From an uncultured Bacilli bacterium (GTDB taxonomy: Bacteria; Bacillota_I; Bacilli_A; RF39; UBA660): a DNA stretch of 47,257 nt. Below are positions 1-10,003 of the stretch, in pieces; within the stretch, counting starts at the first letter, position 1; every line of letters begins with the position of its first letter. The position numbers and the translations under genes are program-made. The notes beneath the pieces are model-generated. The model ran no database searches and was not told the DNA's origin. It saw nothing but the letters and a program-made list of their open reading frames with translations. The stretch lies in the NCBI GenBank assembly GCA_944358135.1, contig CALVQN010000002.1:1-47257 (forward strand), written 5' to 3'.

Positions 1-423
1 GCTATTCCTCCATCTTTGCAAAACATTTATAAAGAGTTGCAGGACGACTTAGGAATTCCCCCAGCACACACGGGTGACTTAACTAATTGGGCTCGTGAAG
101 GAGTATTAATGCTTAATGCTGTTTTAACAGTAATTAAAGATACTCCAGCATCCCACAGGAAACTAGGATGGGAACGTCTTACTGATTATATTATTAGACT
201 TTTAAATGAAAAAGAAGAACCAGTAGTATTTATTTTATGGGGAAATTTTGCTAAAGAAAAAGCCAAATATATCACTAATCCTAAACATCTAGTATTAACC
301 AGTCCGCATCCATCTCCATTTTCTGCTAGATATGGTTTCTTTGGTTCAAAACCATTTAGTAAAACGAATGAATTCTTAAGAAAAAATGGTTTAAAAGAAA
401 TTGATTGGCGCGTAGAAAAATAG
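1..423 (+). CDS. ung: Uracil-DNA glycosylase, family 1 (5' end lies outside the window)
   Basis: Frame 1 is open from base 1 (AIPPSLQNIYKEL...). It carries family-1 UDG signatures read by eye: IPPSLxNI, GVLMLNAVLTV, WGNFA and the C-terminal HPSPFSA loop motif. Confidence 0.9.
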   Translation, partial: AIPPSLQNIYKELQDDLGIPPAHTGDLTNWAREGVLMLNAVLTVIKDTPASHRKLGWERLTDYIIRLLNEKEEPVVFILWGNFAKEKAKYITNPKHLVLTSPHPSPFSARYGFFGSKPFSKTNEFLRKNGLKEIDWRVEK

Positions 424-447
424 ACGACTTACATTTTGAAGTCGTCT
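422..447. terminator. Hairpin between convergent ung and LemA genes
   Basis: AGACGACTT (422-430) and AAGTCGTCT (439-447) form a perfect 9-bp inverted repeat with an 8-nt loop. It overlaps the ung stop and the LemA 3' end. T-rich sequence follows on the + strand. Confidence 0.45.
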
Positions 448-983
448 ATTATTTCATCATCCATATCTTTACCATCAAAGAACAATTTTACTTTAAATCC
501 ATGAATTTTAGCAATTATATTCGTAGGAAATCTTCTTACAATAGCATTCTCCTCACTAGTATTTTTATTATAATAATTTTTCGCTGCTGTAAGTTTTTCA
601 TCCAATCTTTTAATTTGATCAATATCAGCATTAATTTCTTCATCTTGATTAAGTTTTAAATCATCTATCATTTTAAGAATCAAAGTATAACCTTCATTTA
701 ATTTTCTATCCATATCAAAATTAGTCATATTAGTACTATTTAGTTTCTCATATTCTTTAAAATAATTTTTATTACTTTCCATATGTTTTCTAATATGATT
801 ACTAACACGCATCAAAGTATCATATTTGCTTCTTAAAGCTTCATCAATAATCATTTCTGCTTCATGAATTTTCGTCTTTAAATCATTTAACATATTAAAA
901 TGAATTACATAATAAATACCTACTAAACAAATAATAATCACAATAATTAATAAAATTGATAACCACAACATATTCTTCACCAT
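429..983 (-). CDS. LemA family membrane protein
   Basis: 184 aa with a single N-terminal TM helix, then a helical domain ending in the LemA-typical RRFPTNIIAKIHGFK motif. Confidence 0.8.
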   Translation of the reverse strand: MVKNMLWLSILLIIVIIICLVGIYYVIHFNMLNDLKTKIHEAEMIIDEALRSKYDTLMRVSNHIRKHMESNKNYFKEYEKLNSTNMTNFDMDRKLNEGYTLILKMIDDLKLNQDEEINADIDQIKRLDEKLTAAKNYYNKNTSEENAIVRRFPTNIIAKIHGFKVKLFFDGKDMDDEIIDDFKM

Positions 984-1058
984 AAAAATTATAACAATTT
1001 TTTTAACTTTTTTAAAGTAGTAATTGCAACAAAAGAAAAAATCCTTAATTTAAAGGAC

Positions 1059-1349
1059 TTATCTTTTAAGTTCATCTTCGCCTAACATTTGATTAATCTC
1101 AGCAATACGCTTTTTTGTTTCTTCAAGGTCTTTTTTATGACCTTCTATTACAGGTGTCCAATCAACTAATTCAAGATCACCATAACAACCAATCTCAGGC
1201 ATAAAATGGCCATCAATAAGACCAGAGAGTGATTCCAAACAATATTCCAAATAATTTGCTCTCTTTTGCAAATGGTCTCTTAATAAAACAGGATCTAATT
1301 CTACCTCATTGATTTTACTAATTTTATCCAGTCTTTGGTTAATATCCAA
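1059..1349 (-). CDS. Hypothetical protein. This may be the 3' part of a longer gene interrupted by a frameshift (see findings).
   Basis: 96-codon ORF starting at a TTG with no obvious RBS. An ATG with an RBS at 1459 opens a different frame that joins this one if one T is added to a T6 run. Confidence 0.45.
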   Translation of the reverse strand: MDINQRLDKISKINEVELDPVLLRDHLQKRANYLEYCLESLSGLIDGHFMPEIGCYGDLELVDWTPVIEGHKKDLEETKKRIAEINQMLGEDELKR

Positions 1350-1596
1350 AATTATTCCAGCAATTTCTTTTCGGATATTCTCATCATTAGTTTGATAAAA
1401 AAGATTAATAATTCGATATTGGCATTTTGTAATTTTTCAATAACTTCTTCATTTTCCATGTTCTCAAATCCCCAACAATATTTTATCATAAAAAGAATAA
1501 TTTAACAAATGTTAACAAAACGGGCGTATTTTCCATTTAAAATTGATAGTAATAATACTGATTTTTGATATAATGTTTTTTGAAAGGAGAAGAAAA

Positions 1597-2136
1597 ATGA
1601 ATATAGGGTATAAAATAAGTGAGTTAAGAAAGAAAAATAATATGACTCAAGAAGAGTTAGCCGAAAAACTAAATGTTACTAGACAAACAATAAGCAAATG
1701 GGAACTAAATGAAACATCTCCAAGCTTGGAAGATGCAACTCATTTAGCAGAAATTCTAAAAGTTAGTTTAAATGAATTAGTAGGAAAAGAAAATATATTG
1801 GAGGAAAAAATGAGCAATGTTGAACGTTTAGCAGGTATAATCATTAAGATATTAAAAGTAATTGGCATTCTAATTATTATCTACTTTATCTTTCTAATTG
1901 GAGCTATTCTAGCCTTTACTGTTTTTAAAGAGAATACTAGTGAAGAAGTGACAGGAAGTATTACCTGTACTCTTAATGATAAGACAGAAACTTTTCTAGT
2001 TACCCAAAAAGATAATGAATTAGAAGTAAGTGAAAATGTAAAAGATATCATTGATATAACTGCATACCATAACAGTAATGATATATTAGATGCAATTACC
2101 AAGTACTACGAAGAAAATAATGGTTCTTGCGATTAA
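1597..2136 (+). CDS. XRE-family helix-turn-helix regulator with a C-terminal membrane anchor
   Basis: ATG at 1597 is preceded by AAAGGAGA. The N-terminus LRKKNNMTQEELAEKLNVTRQTISKWE is a canonical Cro/C1 HTH. One TM helix (IIKILKVIGILIIIYFIFLIGAILAF) precedes a small extracytoplasmic tail. Confidence 0.8.
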   Translation: MNIGYKISELRKKNNMTQEELAEKLNVTRQTISKWELNETSPSLEDATHLAEILKVSLNELVGKENILEEKMSNVERLAGIIIKILKVIGILIIIYFIFLIGAILAFTVFKENTSEEVTGSITCTLNDKTETFLVTQKDNELEVSENVKDIIDITAYHNSNDILDAITKYYEENNGSCD

Positions 2137-2163
2137 GAAAGTTGAAAAAAGCTTTCTTTTTTG
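2135..2163 (+). terminator. Rho-independent terminator candidate
   Basis: AAGAAAG (2135-2141) pairs with CTTTCTT (2152-2158), followed by a T run. Confidence 0.45.
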
Positions 2164-2186
2164 CTATTATGGTAAAGGTGATTAAA

Positions 2187-2687
2187 TTGAAAATAGAACA
2201 TTTAGTAGTAGGTCGTATTAGAACCAATTGTTATATAGTAAAAAAGGATAATAAATGTATCATTATTGATCCAGGAGATGAGGCAAGCAGAATAAAAGAA
2301 GCTTGTAAAGACTATGAAGTAGAAGAAATATTAGTAACCCATCATCATTGGGATCATATTTTAGCTTTAGAAGAGTTAGAGGAATATTATCATATTAAAC
2401 ATAATACTTTCCTTAGAAAGACATTTAAGTATGAAATAATTAAGACACCAGGTCATGCTAGCGACTCTTTAACTTTTTATTTTAAAGGGGAAAAAGTCAT
2501 GTTTACTGGAGACTTTTTATTCTATCATACTATTGGTAGATATGACTTAGAAACATCAAGTGTTAAAGATATGATTCAAAGTCTAGAGGAAATTAGTAAA
2601 TATCCTGATGATATAATAATTTATCCAGGTCATGGTATAGATAGTATTCTTGGCGAAGAGAAAAAATATTTTAATTCTTACTTTTAA
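2187..2687 (+). CDS. MBL-fold metallo-hydrolase (glyoxalase II-like)
   Basis: HHHWDH metal motif, later GH and TGD/PGHG motifs. The TTG at 2187 has a good RBS (AAAGGTGA). An alternative ATG at 2169 lacks one. Confidence 0.8.
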   Translation: MKIEHLVVGRIRTNCYIVKKDNKCIIIDPGDEASRIKEACKDYEVEEILVTHHHWDHILALEELEEYYHIKHNTFLRKTFKYEIIKTPGHASDSLTFYFKGEKVMFTGDFLFYHTIGRYDLETSSVKDMIQSLEEISKYPDDIIIYPGHGIDSILGEEKKYFNSYF

Positions 2688-2704
2688 CTAAAAAAGCGTT
2701 CCCA

Positions 2705-3073
2705 TTAGAACGTTTTTTCTGAATAATCATGACTATAATTAATTCTTTCTTCAAAAGTAACATAGTCTAAATAAATCATACGAAGCAGATACCAATCTCC
2801 TGTTTTAGGATCACTCATAATTAAGTGGTCACGTCCAGCTTCTTCAATCACGCCATCGTAGACTTTATCTCTCCATTCGGTAGAATCTGGATAAGAAAAA
2901 TAAGCTTTTACTTTTTTTCCTTTATTAAGTCGTAAAATATTTTCAATATAACTTTGTTCTATAGGTAAAGATTCCATATAGCTATAATTACCTGGAGGAC
3001 TAGTCATATTAGAAGTATTATTCGTATTATTAGTTGGAAAAGTAGGATTTCCAAAAAAATTACCGTTCATCAT
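2705..3073 (-). CDS. gerQ: Spore coat protein GerQ
   Basis: N/T/P-rich N-terminus followed by a block remembered from Bacillus GerQ: SYIENILRLNKGK ... EEAGRDHLIMSDPKTGDWYLLRMIYLDYVTFEE. Confidence 0.8.
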   Translation of the reverse strand: MMNGNFFGNPTFPTNNTNNTSNMTSPPGNYSYMESLPIEQSYIENILRLNKGKKVKAYFSYPDSTEWRDKVYDGVIEEAGRDHLIMSDPKTGDWYLLRMIYLDYVTFEERINYSHDYSEKTF

Positions 3074-3160
3074 TTCACCTCAATCTATTATATGTAAAGG
3101 TCTTATTTTTATGTTGACTTTTGTATTTAAGAGAACTATTATTTTAATAGAGGTAGAGTT

Positions 3161-3346
3161 ATGAAAGATGTTTTTATTGGTTTAATTATAGCAATTGTTG
3201 TTTTTTTTATAGTTGATTTTATTTATACAGAGAAAAACACATGTCTAGCCAGTACTTGTGTTAATTGCCCTGAAACGGAAGAAAAGTGCGGAATAATAAA
3301 AAAATTATTAGACATAGATATCTATTTATTTGATCGCTTTTGGTAA
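3161..3346 (+). CDS. Small Cys-containing membrane protein, function unknown
   Basis: 61 aa with one N-terminal TM helix, then CLASTCVNCPETEEKC. GGTAGAG lies upstream of the ATG. Confidence 0.45.
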   Translation: MKDVFIGLIIAIVVFFIVDFIYTEKNTCLASTCVNCPETEEKCGIIKKLLDIDIYLFDRFW

Positions 3347-3416
3347 AAGAAACAAGGTTTTCTATTGACTTTTAATTAAATTATCGATATTATTTTATTA
3401 GAAAGATAGGGATGAT

Positions 3417-4322
3417 ATGGATATACCAAAGATATTAAAAAAAGTATTAGATAAAAATCGTATACCAAGATTAGTATTAATGATTTTAGGAACATTTTTG
3501 CTTGGCTTAAATTATAATGTATTTTTAAAACCAAATGATCTAATTGTCGGTGGAACAACAAGTTTAGCTATTATCTTTAATGACTTATTTGGATGGAATG
3601 ATCAAATATTTATTTATGTTACAGCGATACTTTTAATTGGGATTAGTTTTATCTTTTTGGGAAAAGAAAAGACAACGAAGAGTATATTTGGTAGTATTTT
3701 ATATCCAGTAATGATTACACTTACAGCACCATTGGGAGAGATGTTAGCTACTAAATTTGTATTTGAAGATATGATTACAACAGTAGCATTTACCAGTATT
3801 TTATATGGTATAGCTTATGGTATTGTGTATAAAATGGAATATACAACTGGAGGTAGTGATATCATTATGCAAATTGTCTGTAAATATATGCATATGCCAG
3901 AAGGACAAGCAACAATATTAAGTAATGTGTTTATAATTTTATTTGGTGGAATAGTATTTGGAATACCAAAAGTAGTATATGGTATCATTATTTTATATGT
4001 GTCTAGTATTATTGTAGATAAGATGGTAATTGGTATATCTGAAAGTAAAATGTTTATTATAAATAGTAGTAAAATAGATGAGATAGAAAATGTTATTATC
4101 AATGAATTAAAATTAGGAGTAACAAGGATCAAAGCAGAAGGAGGATATACAAGTAAAAAGCAAGATGTTTTACTATGTGTAGTTCCCAATAGAGATTATT
4201 ATATGTTTAAACAAATTATATTAGAATTAGACAAGAATGCCTTTTTTATCATTAATGACTGTTATGATATTGAAGGAGGAACAACCAAAAAAAAGAATAT
4301 CGGATTAAATAATTTTTACTAA
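3417..4322 (+). CDS. YitT-family membrane protein with a C-terminal DUF2179 domain
   Basis: Multi-TM N-terminal part with GGTTSLAII. The C-terminal soluble domain reads GVTRIKAEGGYT...LLCVV...F..I....D..AFFIINDCYDIEGG, typical of YitT/DUF2179. Confidence 0.85.
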   Translation: MDIPKILKKVLDKNRIPRLVLMILGTFLLGLNYNVFLKPNDLIVGGTTSLAIIFNDLFGWNDQIFIYVTAILLIGISFIFLGKEKTTKSIFGSILYPVMITLTAPLGEMLATKFVFEDMITTVAFTSILYGIAYGIVYKMEYTTGGSDIIMQIVCKYMHMPEGQATILSNVFIILFGGIVFGIPKVVYGIIILYVSSIIVDKMVIGISESKMFIINSSKIDEIENVIINELKLGVTRIKAEGGYTSKKQDVLLCVVPNRDYYMFKQIILELDKNAFFIINDCYDIEGGTTKKKNIGLNNFY

Positions 4323-4331
4323 GGTGATCAT

Positions 4332-6923
4332 GTGAAAGTTTATAATTTAAATAAAGAAGAAGTATTAGAAAAACTAAAGAGTAATGAAAACGGATTAACT
4401 GAGGAAGAAGCAAAAAAAAGATTAGCAGAAGATGGTCTTAATAAATTAAAGGAATCAAAGAAAGAATCAAATCTAGTTAAGTTTCTAAGTCAATTTAAAA
4501 ATTTAATGATTCTAGTTTTACTTATAGCGGCAGTAGTTTCTTTCATTATTTCTTATATAAACAAAGAATCATACTTAGATAGTATAATCATTTTATTAAT
4601 TGTTATCATTAATGCTGTTTTAGGCTATATAGAAGAAAGAAAAGCAGATGAAGCAATAGAATCATTAAAGAAAATGCAAACAACAAAAGTAAAAGTACGA
4701 AGAGAGGGTACAGTAGAATATATAAATAGCGAAAATTTGGTTAGAGGAGATATTGTTTTATTAGAAGCTGGAGATACAATATCAGCAGATGCTAGATTAC
4801 TTACTGTAAATTCTTTAAAAGTAGATGAATCATCTTTAACAGGCGAATCAGATTCTGTAATGAAAAGTATAATTCCAATTGAAAAAGAAGTAGCTTTAAG
4901 TGATCGAAATAATATGGTATATGCGGGTACAAATGTTGTTTATGGAAAAGGCAAATGTGTTGTCACATCTACAGGTATGTCTACAGAGATAGGCCTTATT
5001 GCTAATTCGCTAATAGATACTAAACCTGAACTTACTCCATTGCAAAAGAAAATTAATGGTATCAGTAAAGTTTTAACTATAATTATTTCCATAGTAATAT
5101 TAGCAATGTTTATTGTAAGTATAATTAAAGATATGCCGATAACAGAAGCTTTATTACTAGCTATATCTTTAGCTGTAGCTGCTATACCAGAAGGACTTCC
5201 AGCAGTTATTACTGTTATTTTATCATTAGGAATGAATGCTTTAGCTAAGAAAAAAGCTATAGTAAGGAAAATGTCTAGTGTTGAAACATTGGGAAGTACT
5301 GAAATTATTTGTACTGATAAAACAGGTACAATTACAGAAAATAAAATGGAATTAAAAGAAATATATTATAATGGTAAAACTTTAACTAATGATGATGTAA
5401 TAGAAGAAAATATGTTTTTATATAACATGGCTTTAAATAATGATATTGAAGAAAATGAACAAGGAATAATTGGAGATCCAACAGAGGTTGCTATTATTAA
5501 CTATTTAAAAAAGAGCACTGATCCTTTTAAGTTAAAAAAAGAGTTTTCAAGAATAAATGAAATTCCTTTTGATTCTGAGCGAAAAATGATGTCAGTAGTA
5601 TGTGTAATAAATAATAAAAAGTATTTATTAACTAAAGGAAGTTTTGATTCAGTAATAAATGTTTGTACACAAATTGAAATAGAAGGAAAAATAAAACCAT
5701 TAGATAAAAAAGAAATTCAAAAATTAGCTGAAGTAGAAAAAGAAAAATCTAATAGAGCTTTAAGATTACTAGCTTTTGCTTATAAAGAGTTAAATAATGA
5801 TAAAATGGAAGAAAATAATTTGATTTTCCAAGGATTAACAGGGGTAATAGATCCACCAAGAGACGATGTAAAAGAATCAATTGAGTTATGTAAAAGTGCT
5901 CACATAAGACCAATTATGATTACAGGAGACTCTCTAAATACTGCAGTAGCTATAGCTAAAGATATTGGTATATTAACCAATGATTTTGAAGCAATTACTG
6001 GTAAAGAGTTAGACAAATTAAGTGATAAAGAATTAGAAGAGAATATAGAAAAATATAAAGTTTACGCCAGAGTAAGTCCTATGAATAAATTATCCATTGT
6101 AAATGCTTGGAAGAAAAAAGGAAAAATTGTTGCGATGACTGGTGATGGAGTAAATGATGCTCCTGCTATTAAAGCAAGCGACATTGGAATAGGTATGGGT
6201 TTTACTGGTACAGAAGTAAGCAAGAGTGTAGCTGATATTATTCTGGTTGATGATTCTTTTTCAACCATTGTTAGTGCAGTAAAAGAGGGAAGAAGAATAT
6301 TTGACAATATTAGAAACGTTATTACTTATTTATTAATTGGAAATATAACAGAAGTAATTGCAGTATTTGTTGGTTTACTATTTGGTTATACAATATTTTT
6401 TCCTATCCAATTATTATTTATTAATTTAATAACAGATTCTATACCAGCTATATCACTAGCGTTTGAAGAAGCAGCCAGTGATATCATGAAAAGAGAAGTT
6501 AGAAAAAAAGATAGTTCTTTCTTTACACCATTTTTAATTAGTAAAATATTAGTATCTTCTATTCTAAAAAGTATAGCTATACTATTTGTCTATTTCTTAA
6601 ATCTTCATATTAGTGGCCCAGAAGTAGCGGGAACTATGGCATTCTTATGTTTAATGATTTTAGAATTATGCTTTGCTTATTCTTGTAAAAATATTAAAAA
6701 AACAGTAATAGGTAAAAATATTTTTAATAATAAAAAACTAAATTTAAGTATATTAGGTTTAATAATTATAGGAGTAATTATTTTCATTACTCCATTAAAA
6801 TCTATATTCAGTTTAACTAGTATATCTATAATTGAATTCTTATACTGTATAATAATTATAATCGTAATGATAGTTATAGATGAATTATTAAAAGTAGAAT
6901 TAGCAAAAAGATTCAAAGATTGA
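4332..6923 (+). CDS. P-type cation-transporting ATPase, Ca2+-type (P2A-like)
   Basis: 863 aa. Motifs TGES, phosphorylation site CTDKTGTITENKM, MITGD, TGDGVNDAPAIK and PEGLP in M4. GTG start after AAGGTGA. Confidence 0.9.
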   Translation: MKVYNLNKEEVLEKLKSNENGLTEEEAKKRLAEDGLNKLKESKKESNLVKFLSQFKNLMILVLLIAAVVSFIISYINKESYLDSIIILLIVIINAVLGYIEERKADEAIESLKKMQTTKVKVRREGTVEYINSENLVRGDIVLLEAGDTISADARLLTVNSLKVDESSLTGESDSVMKSIIPIEKEVALSDRNNMVYAGTNVVYGKGKCVVTSTGMSTEIGLIANSLIDTKPELTPLQKKINGISKVLTIIISIVILAMFIVSIIKDMPITEALLLAISLAVAAIPEGLPAVITVILSLGMNALAKKKAIVRKMSSVETLGSTEIICTDKTGTITENKMELKEIYYNGKTLTNDDVIEENMFLYNMALNNDIEENEQGIIGDPTEVAIINYLKKSTDPFKLKKEFSRINEIPFDSERKMMSVVCVINNKKYLLTKGSFDSVINVCTQIEIEGKIKPLDKKEIQKLAEVEKEKSNRALRLLAFAYKELNNDKMEENNLIFQGLTGVIDPPRDDVKESIELCKSAHIRPIMITGDSLNTAVAIAKDIGILTNDFEAITGKELDKLSDKELEENIEKYKVYARVSPMNKLSIVNAWKKKGKIVAMTGDGVNDAPAIKASDIGIGMGFTGTEVSKSVADIILVDDSFSTIVSAVKEGRRIFDNIRNVITYLLIGNITEVIAVFVGLLFGYTIFFPIQLLFINLITDSIPAISLAFEEAASDIMKREVRKKDSSFFTPFLISKILVSSILKSIAILFVYFLNLHISGPEVAGTMAFLCLMILELCFAYSCKNIKKTVIGKNIFNNKKLNLSILGLIIIGVIIFITPLKSIFSLTSISIIEFLYCIIIIIVMIVIDELLKVELAKRFKD

Positions 6924-6928
6924 GTTTA

Positions 6929-6952
6929 ATAGAGATATTTTCTCTATTTTTT
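6929..6952 (+). terminator. Rho-independent terminator after the ATPase gene
   Basis: ATAGAGA (6929-6935) pairs with TCTCTAT (6941-6947), followed by TTTTT. Confidence 0.6.
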
Positions 6953-7117
6953 CTTTACATAAATAAATATTTTATTACAACATATATGAAGAATACCATG
7001 ATAATTTAACGATAAAGATATTATTCCTCTAAATTACAAATTAAAAAAACAAAAATTATTAAATTAAAGATAGAATATCATATTTATTTTTGATACAATA
7101 AAAAAGGAGGTATAAAA

Positions 7118-9298
7118 ATGTATGCATACTGTATAATAGAATATCCAATTAAAACCCTTGATAAAGCATTTACTTATTTAGTACCTAACCATTTACAAGA
7201 AAAATTAAAAGTAGGAATGAAAGTTTTAGTATCTTTTAATCACAGACAAGTTCATGGAATTGTCCTAAAAATTACGAATACTTTTGATGGAGACTATGAA
7301 CTAAAAGAAATTGAAAGAATAGAAGATGAATTTCTAATTTTAAATAAAGAATTATTATTATTAGGAAGTTATATGCAAGAAGAGACTTTATGTAACTTAA
7401 TCACAGCTTACCAAACTATGCTTCCTAGTGCTTTAAAGGTTAAAGAACAAAAAATAGATTATAATGACTATGAAATATGGATAAAATTAAATAATGAAAC
7501 AGAAGCAAAAGAGTTTATTAAAAATCATAGGAAAAGTAATAAAACAAAAATATTAGAATACTTATTAGAAAGAGGCGAAATACCAAAGAAAGAGTTAAAT
7601 GCTTCTAGTTTAAGAGAATTAAGCAAATTAAATTTAGTAATAGAAGAAAAAAGAATAAAAAAGAAAACTTACTACAAAGAAAAACAAGAAGATAATAAAA
7701 AATTAAATGAAGAACAACAACATGCCTTTAATACTATAATAAATTCATTAAATATAAATAAAACATTTCTTTTATATGGAGTAACAGGAAGCGGTAAAAC
7801 ATTAATTTATATTCATTTGATCAAAGAAGTAATCAAAAAAGGAAAAACTGCTATTTTATTAGTCCCAGAAATCAGTTTAACTGAACAAATAGTAAGTATT
7901 TTTTATCAAAATTTTGGTAGTGATGTTGCTATATTACATAGTGGCTTATCAAACAAAGAAAAATATGAAGAATATATTAAAATATTAAATAATGAGATTA
8001 AAATTGTTATCGGAACAAGAAGCGCAATTTTTGCACCCTTAAAAAATATAGGAATTATTATTATTGATGAAGAACACTCTGATACATATAAGCAAGAAAA
8101 TACACCTAGGTATCATGCTAGAGACATAGCAATGCATAGATGTGAGTTTAATAGGTGTCCCTTAATATTAGGAAGTGCTACTCCTTCATTAGAATCAATG
8201 GCAAGAGCAAAGAAAAACGTATATGAATTAGTTACTCTTAAAAATCGTGCTAACAACTTACCACTTCCTGAAGTATCCATTGTTGATATGAAGATGGAAC
8301 TAGAAAAAAGAAATTTTACTATTAGCGAACTTTTAGATAAAAAAATAAAAGAATGTTTAGATAAAGGTGAACAAGTAATATTATTATTAAATAGAAGGGG
8401 ATTTTCAACCTTTATTACTTGTAGTAACTGTGGATTTACTTATAAGTGTCCTCATTGTGAAATTTCTTTAACTTATCACAAGAGTTCTAATACTTTAAGA
8501 TGTCATTATTGTGGATACACCAAAATAAAAGATGATTTATGTCCTGAATGTCATGAAAAAGGATTAAATTATATGGGAATGGGTACGGAAAAATTAGAAG
8601 AAATAATTAAAGAAAAATATGAAAGTGCGAAAGTAATTCGTATGGATGCGGATACAACTACTAGAAAAGGAGCTCACGATAAAATAATTAAAGCTTTCAA
8701 AAATGAAGAATATAATATTTTAATTGGTACCCAAATGATTAGTAAAGGCCTTGATTTTCCTAAATGTACTTTAGTTGGTGTAATTAATGCTGATACTTCT
8801 CTAAATATTCCTGATTTTAGAAGTAGTGAAAAAACTTTTAGTTTACTAGATCAAGCTGCAGGTAGAGCAGGAAGAAGTACGACTCCTGGAAGTGTAATCA
8901 TCCAAACATTTAACCCAGATAATGAAACAATAAAGGCTGTAAAAAAACATGACTATAACTCATTTTATGAGCAAGAAATGCAAGTAAGAAAAATACTAAA
9001 ATATCCTCCATACTATTATTTAGCAAATATAAAAATAGCTAGCAAAGAATATACTCTAGCAAGTACTGAATCTACAAAAGTAAAAAACTATTTAGAAAAA
9101 AACTTAGATCCTAAAAGTATTATTCTAGGCCCTTCAACAGCATCTAATTTTAAAAGAAATAATATCTATCGCTTTAGTATTACGATTAAATATCGTTTTG
9201 ATGAACATTTAATGAAAGTGCTAAAAGAGCTAGATAATATTTATGCAACGAACAAGAATGTCTTTTTAGAAATAGATATTAATCCTCTTCGAATATAG
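7118..9298 (+). CDS. priA: Primosomal replication-restart helicase PriA
   Basis: 726 aa. Walker A GVTGSGKT, DEEH box, the double Cys4 zinc-binding insert (CSNCGF..CPHCE..CHYCG..CPEC), and helicase motif VI QAAGRAGR. Strong RBS AAAGGAGG. Confidence 0.95.
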   Translation: MYAYCIIEYPIKTLDKAFTYLVPNHLQEKLKVGMKVLVSFNHRQVHGIVLKITNTFDGDYELKEIERIEDEFLILNKELLLLGSYMQEETLCNLITAYQTMLPSALKVKEQKIDYNDYEIWIKLNNETEAKEFIKNHRKSNKTKILEYLLERGEIPKKELNASSLRELSKLNLVIEEKRIKKKTYYKEKQEDNKKLNEEQQHAFNTIINSLNINKTFLLYGVTGSGKTLIYIHLIKEVIKKGKTAILLVPEISLTEQIVSIFYQNFGSDVAILHSGLSNKEKYEEYIKILNNEIKIVIGTRSAIFAPLKNIGIIIIDEEHSDTYKQENTPRYHARDIAMHRCEFNRCPLILGSATPSLESMARAKKNVYELVTLKNRANNLPLPEVSIVDMKMELEKRNFTISELLDKKIKECLDKGEQVILLLNRRGFSTFITCSNCGFTYKCPHCEISLTYHKSSNTLRCHYCGYTKIKDDLCPECHEKGLNYMGMGTEKLEEIIKEKYESAKVIRMDADTTTRKGAHDKIIKAFKNEEYNILIGTQMISKGLDFPKCTLVGVINADTSLNIPDFRSSEKTFSLLDQAAGRAGRSTTPGSVIIQTFNPDNETIKAVKKHDYNSFYEQEMQVRKILKYPPYYYLANIKIASKEYTLASTESTKVKNYLEKNLDPKSIILGPSTASNFKRNNIYRFSITIKYRFDEHLMKVLKELDNIYATNKNVFLEIDINPLRI

Positions 9299-9343
9299 TT
9301 TATAATAGCAAAATTTTATGATATAATTAAAACTATAAAGGAT

Positions 9344-10003
9344 GTGATTTTAGTGCAAGATTTATATAAATTAACCCAGGAGCAAAATATATTTATTGCT
9401 AAAAGAAATATTGTGGATTATATATGGAAAAGCGCTAATTTAGAAGGTATTGCTGTAACGTATCCTGATACGCAAGTAATTTTTGATGGATATAGTGTCC
9501 AAGGTTATAAAATTGAAGAAATAACAGCCATTAACAATTTAAAGAAAGCTTGGCAATTCATTTTAAATGATATCGATTTAGAACTAAATTTAGCTTATAT
9601 TTGCAAAATAAATGGGATAGTAGGGGAAGGCATTTTTTATAATTCTGGAATGATTCGTTCTACACCAGTGAAAATAGGCGGTACAACTTGGCAACCAACT
9701 ATACCATTTGAAAGTCAAATTAAAGAAGAATTAGATAAAGTATCTGGTGAGTCTAATACTGAAAGAGCGATTAATATGATGCTTTATTTAATGAGAAAAC
9801 AAATATTTTTAGATGGTAATAAGAGAACCGCCATGTTAATTGCCAATAAAATAATGATTGAAAACGGTTGCGGAATTATCAGCATTCCTATTGATAAACA
9901 ACCCGAATTTTATAAATTATTAATCAAATATTATGAAACAAGCAATAAAGAAGAAATAAAAGAATACATATATAACTATTGTATTGACGGTATGACCTTT
10001 TAA
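9344..10003 (+). CDS. Fic/Doc-family protein with a Doc-type motif lacking the catalytic His (QIFLDGNKRTA)
   Basis: 219 aa. Fic-fold hallmarks read by eye: G..R...V.IGG, then helix-loop QIFLDGNKRTAML. This matches HxFx(D/N)(A/G)NKR except that His is Gln (CAA at 9800-9802). Confidence 0.6.
   Translation: MILVQDLYKLTQEQNIFIAKRNIVDYIWKSANLEGIAVTYPDTQVIFDGYSVQGYKIEEITAINNLKKAWQFILNDIDLELNLAYICKINGIVGEGIFYNSGMIRSTPVKIGGTTWQPTIPFESQIKEELDKVSGESNTERAINMMLYLMRKQIFLDGNKRTAMLIANKIMIENGCGIISIPIDKQPEFYKLLIKYYETSNKEEIKEYIYNYCIDGMTF

Noticed and set aside
3815-4189. Long antisense ORFs inside well-supported genes. Examples are 405-659, 1881-2102, 3376-3561, 3815-4189, 6062-6307, 6677-6916, 11649-11882, 12250-12441, 18395-18610, 19276-19494, 22921-23133, 27797-28006, 32370-32744, 34398-34628, 34999-35319, 37646-37843, 38548-38748 and 41903-42121.
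   Set aside because: Each lies entirely opposite a gene with strong family motifs. They have no RBS and low-complexity I/L/F/S-rich translations typical of shadow ORFs in AT-rich DNA.
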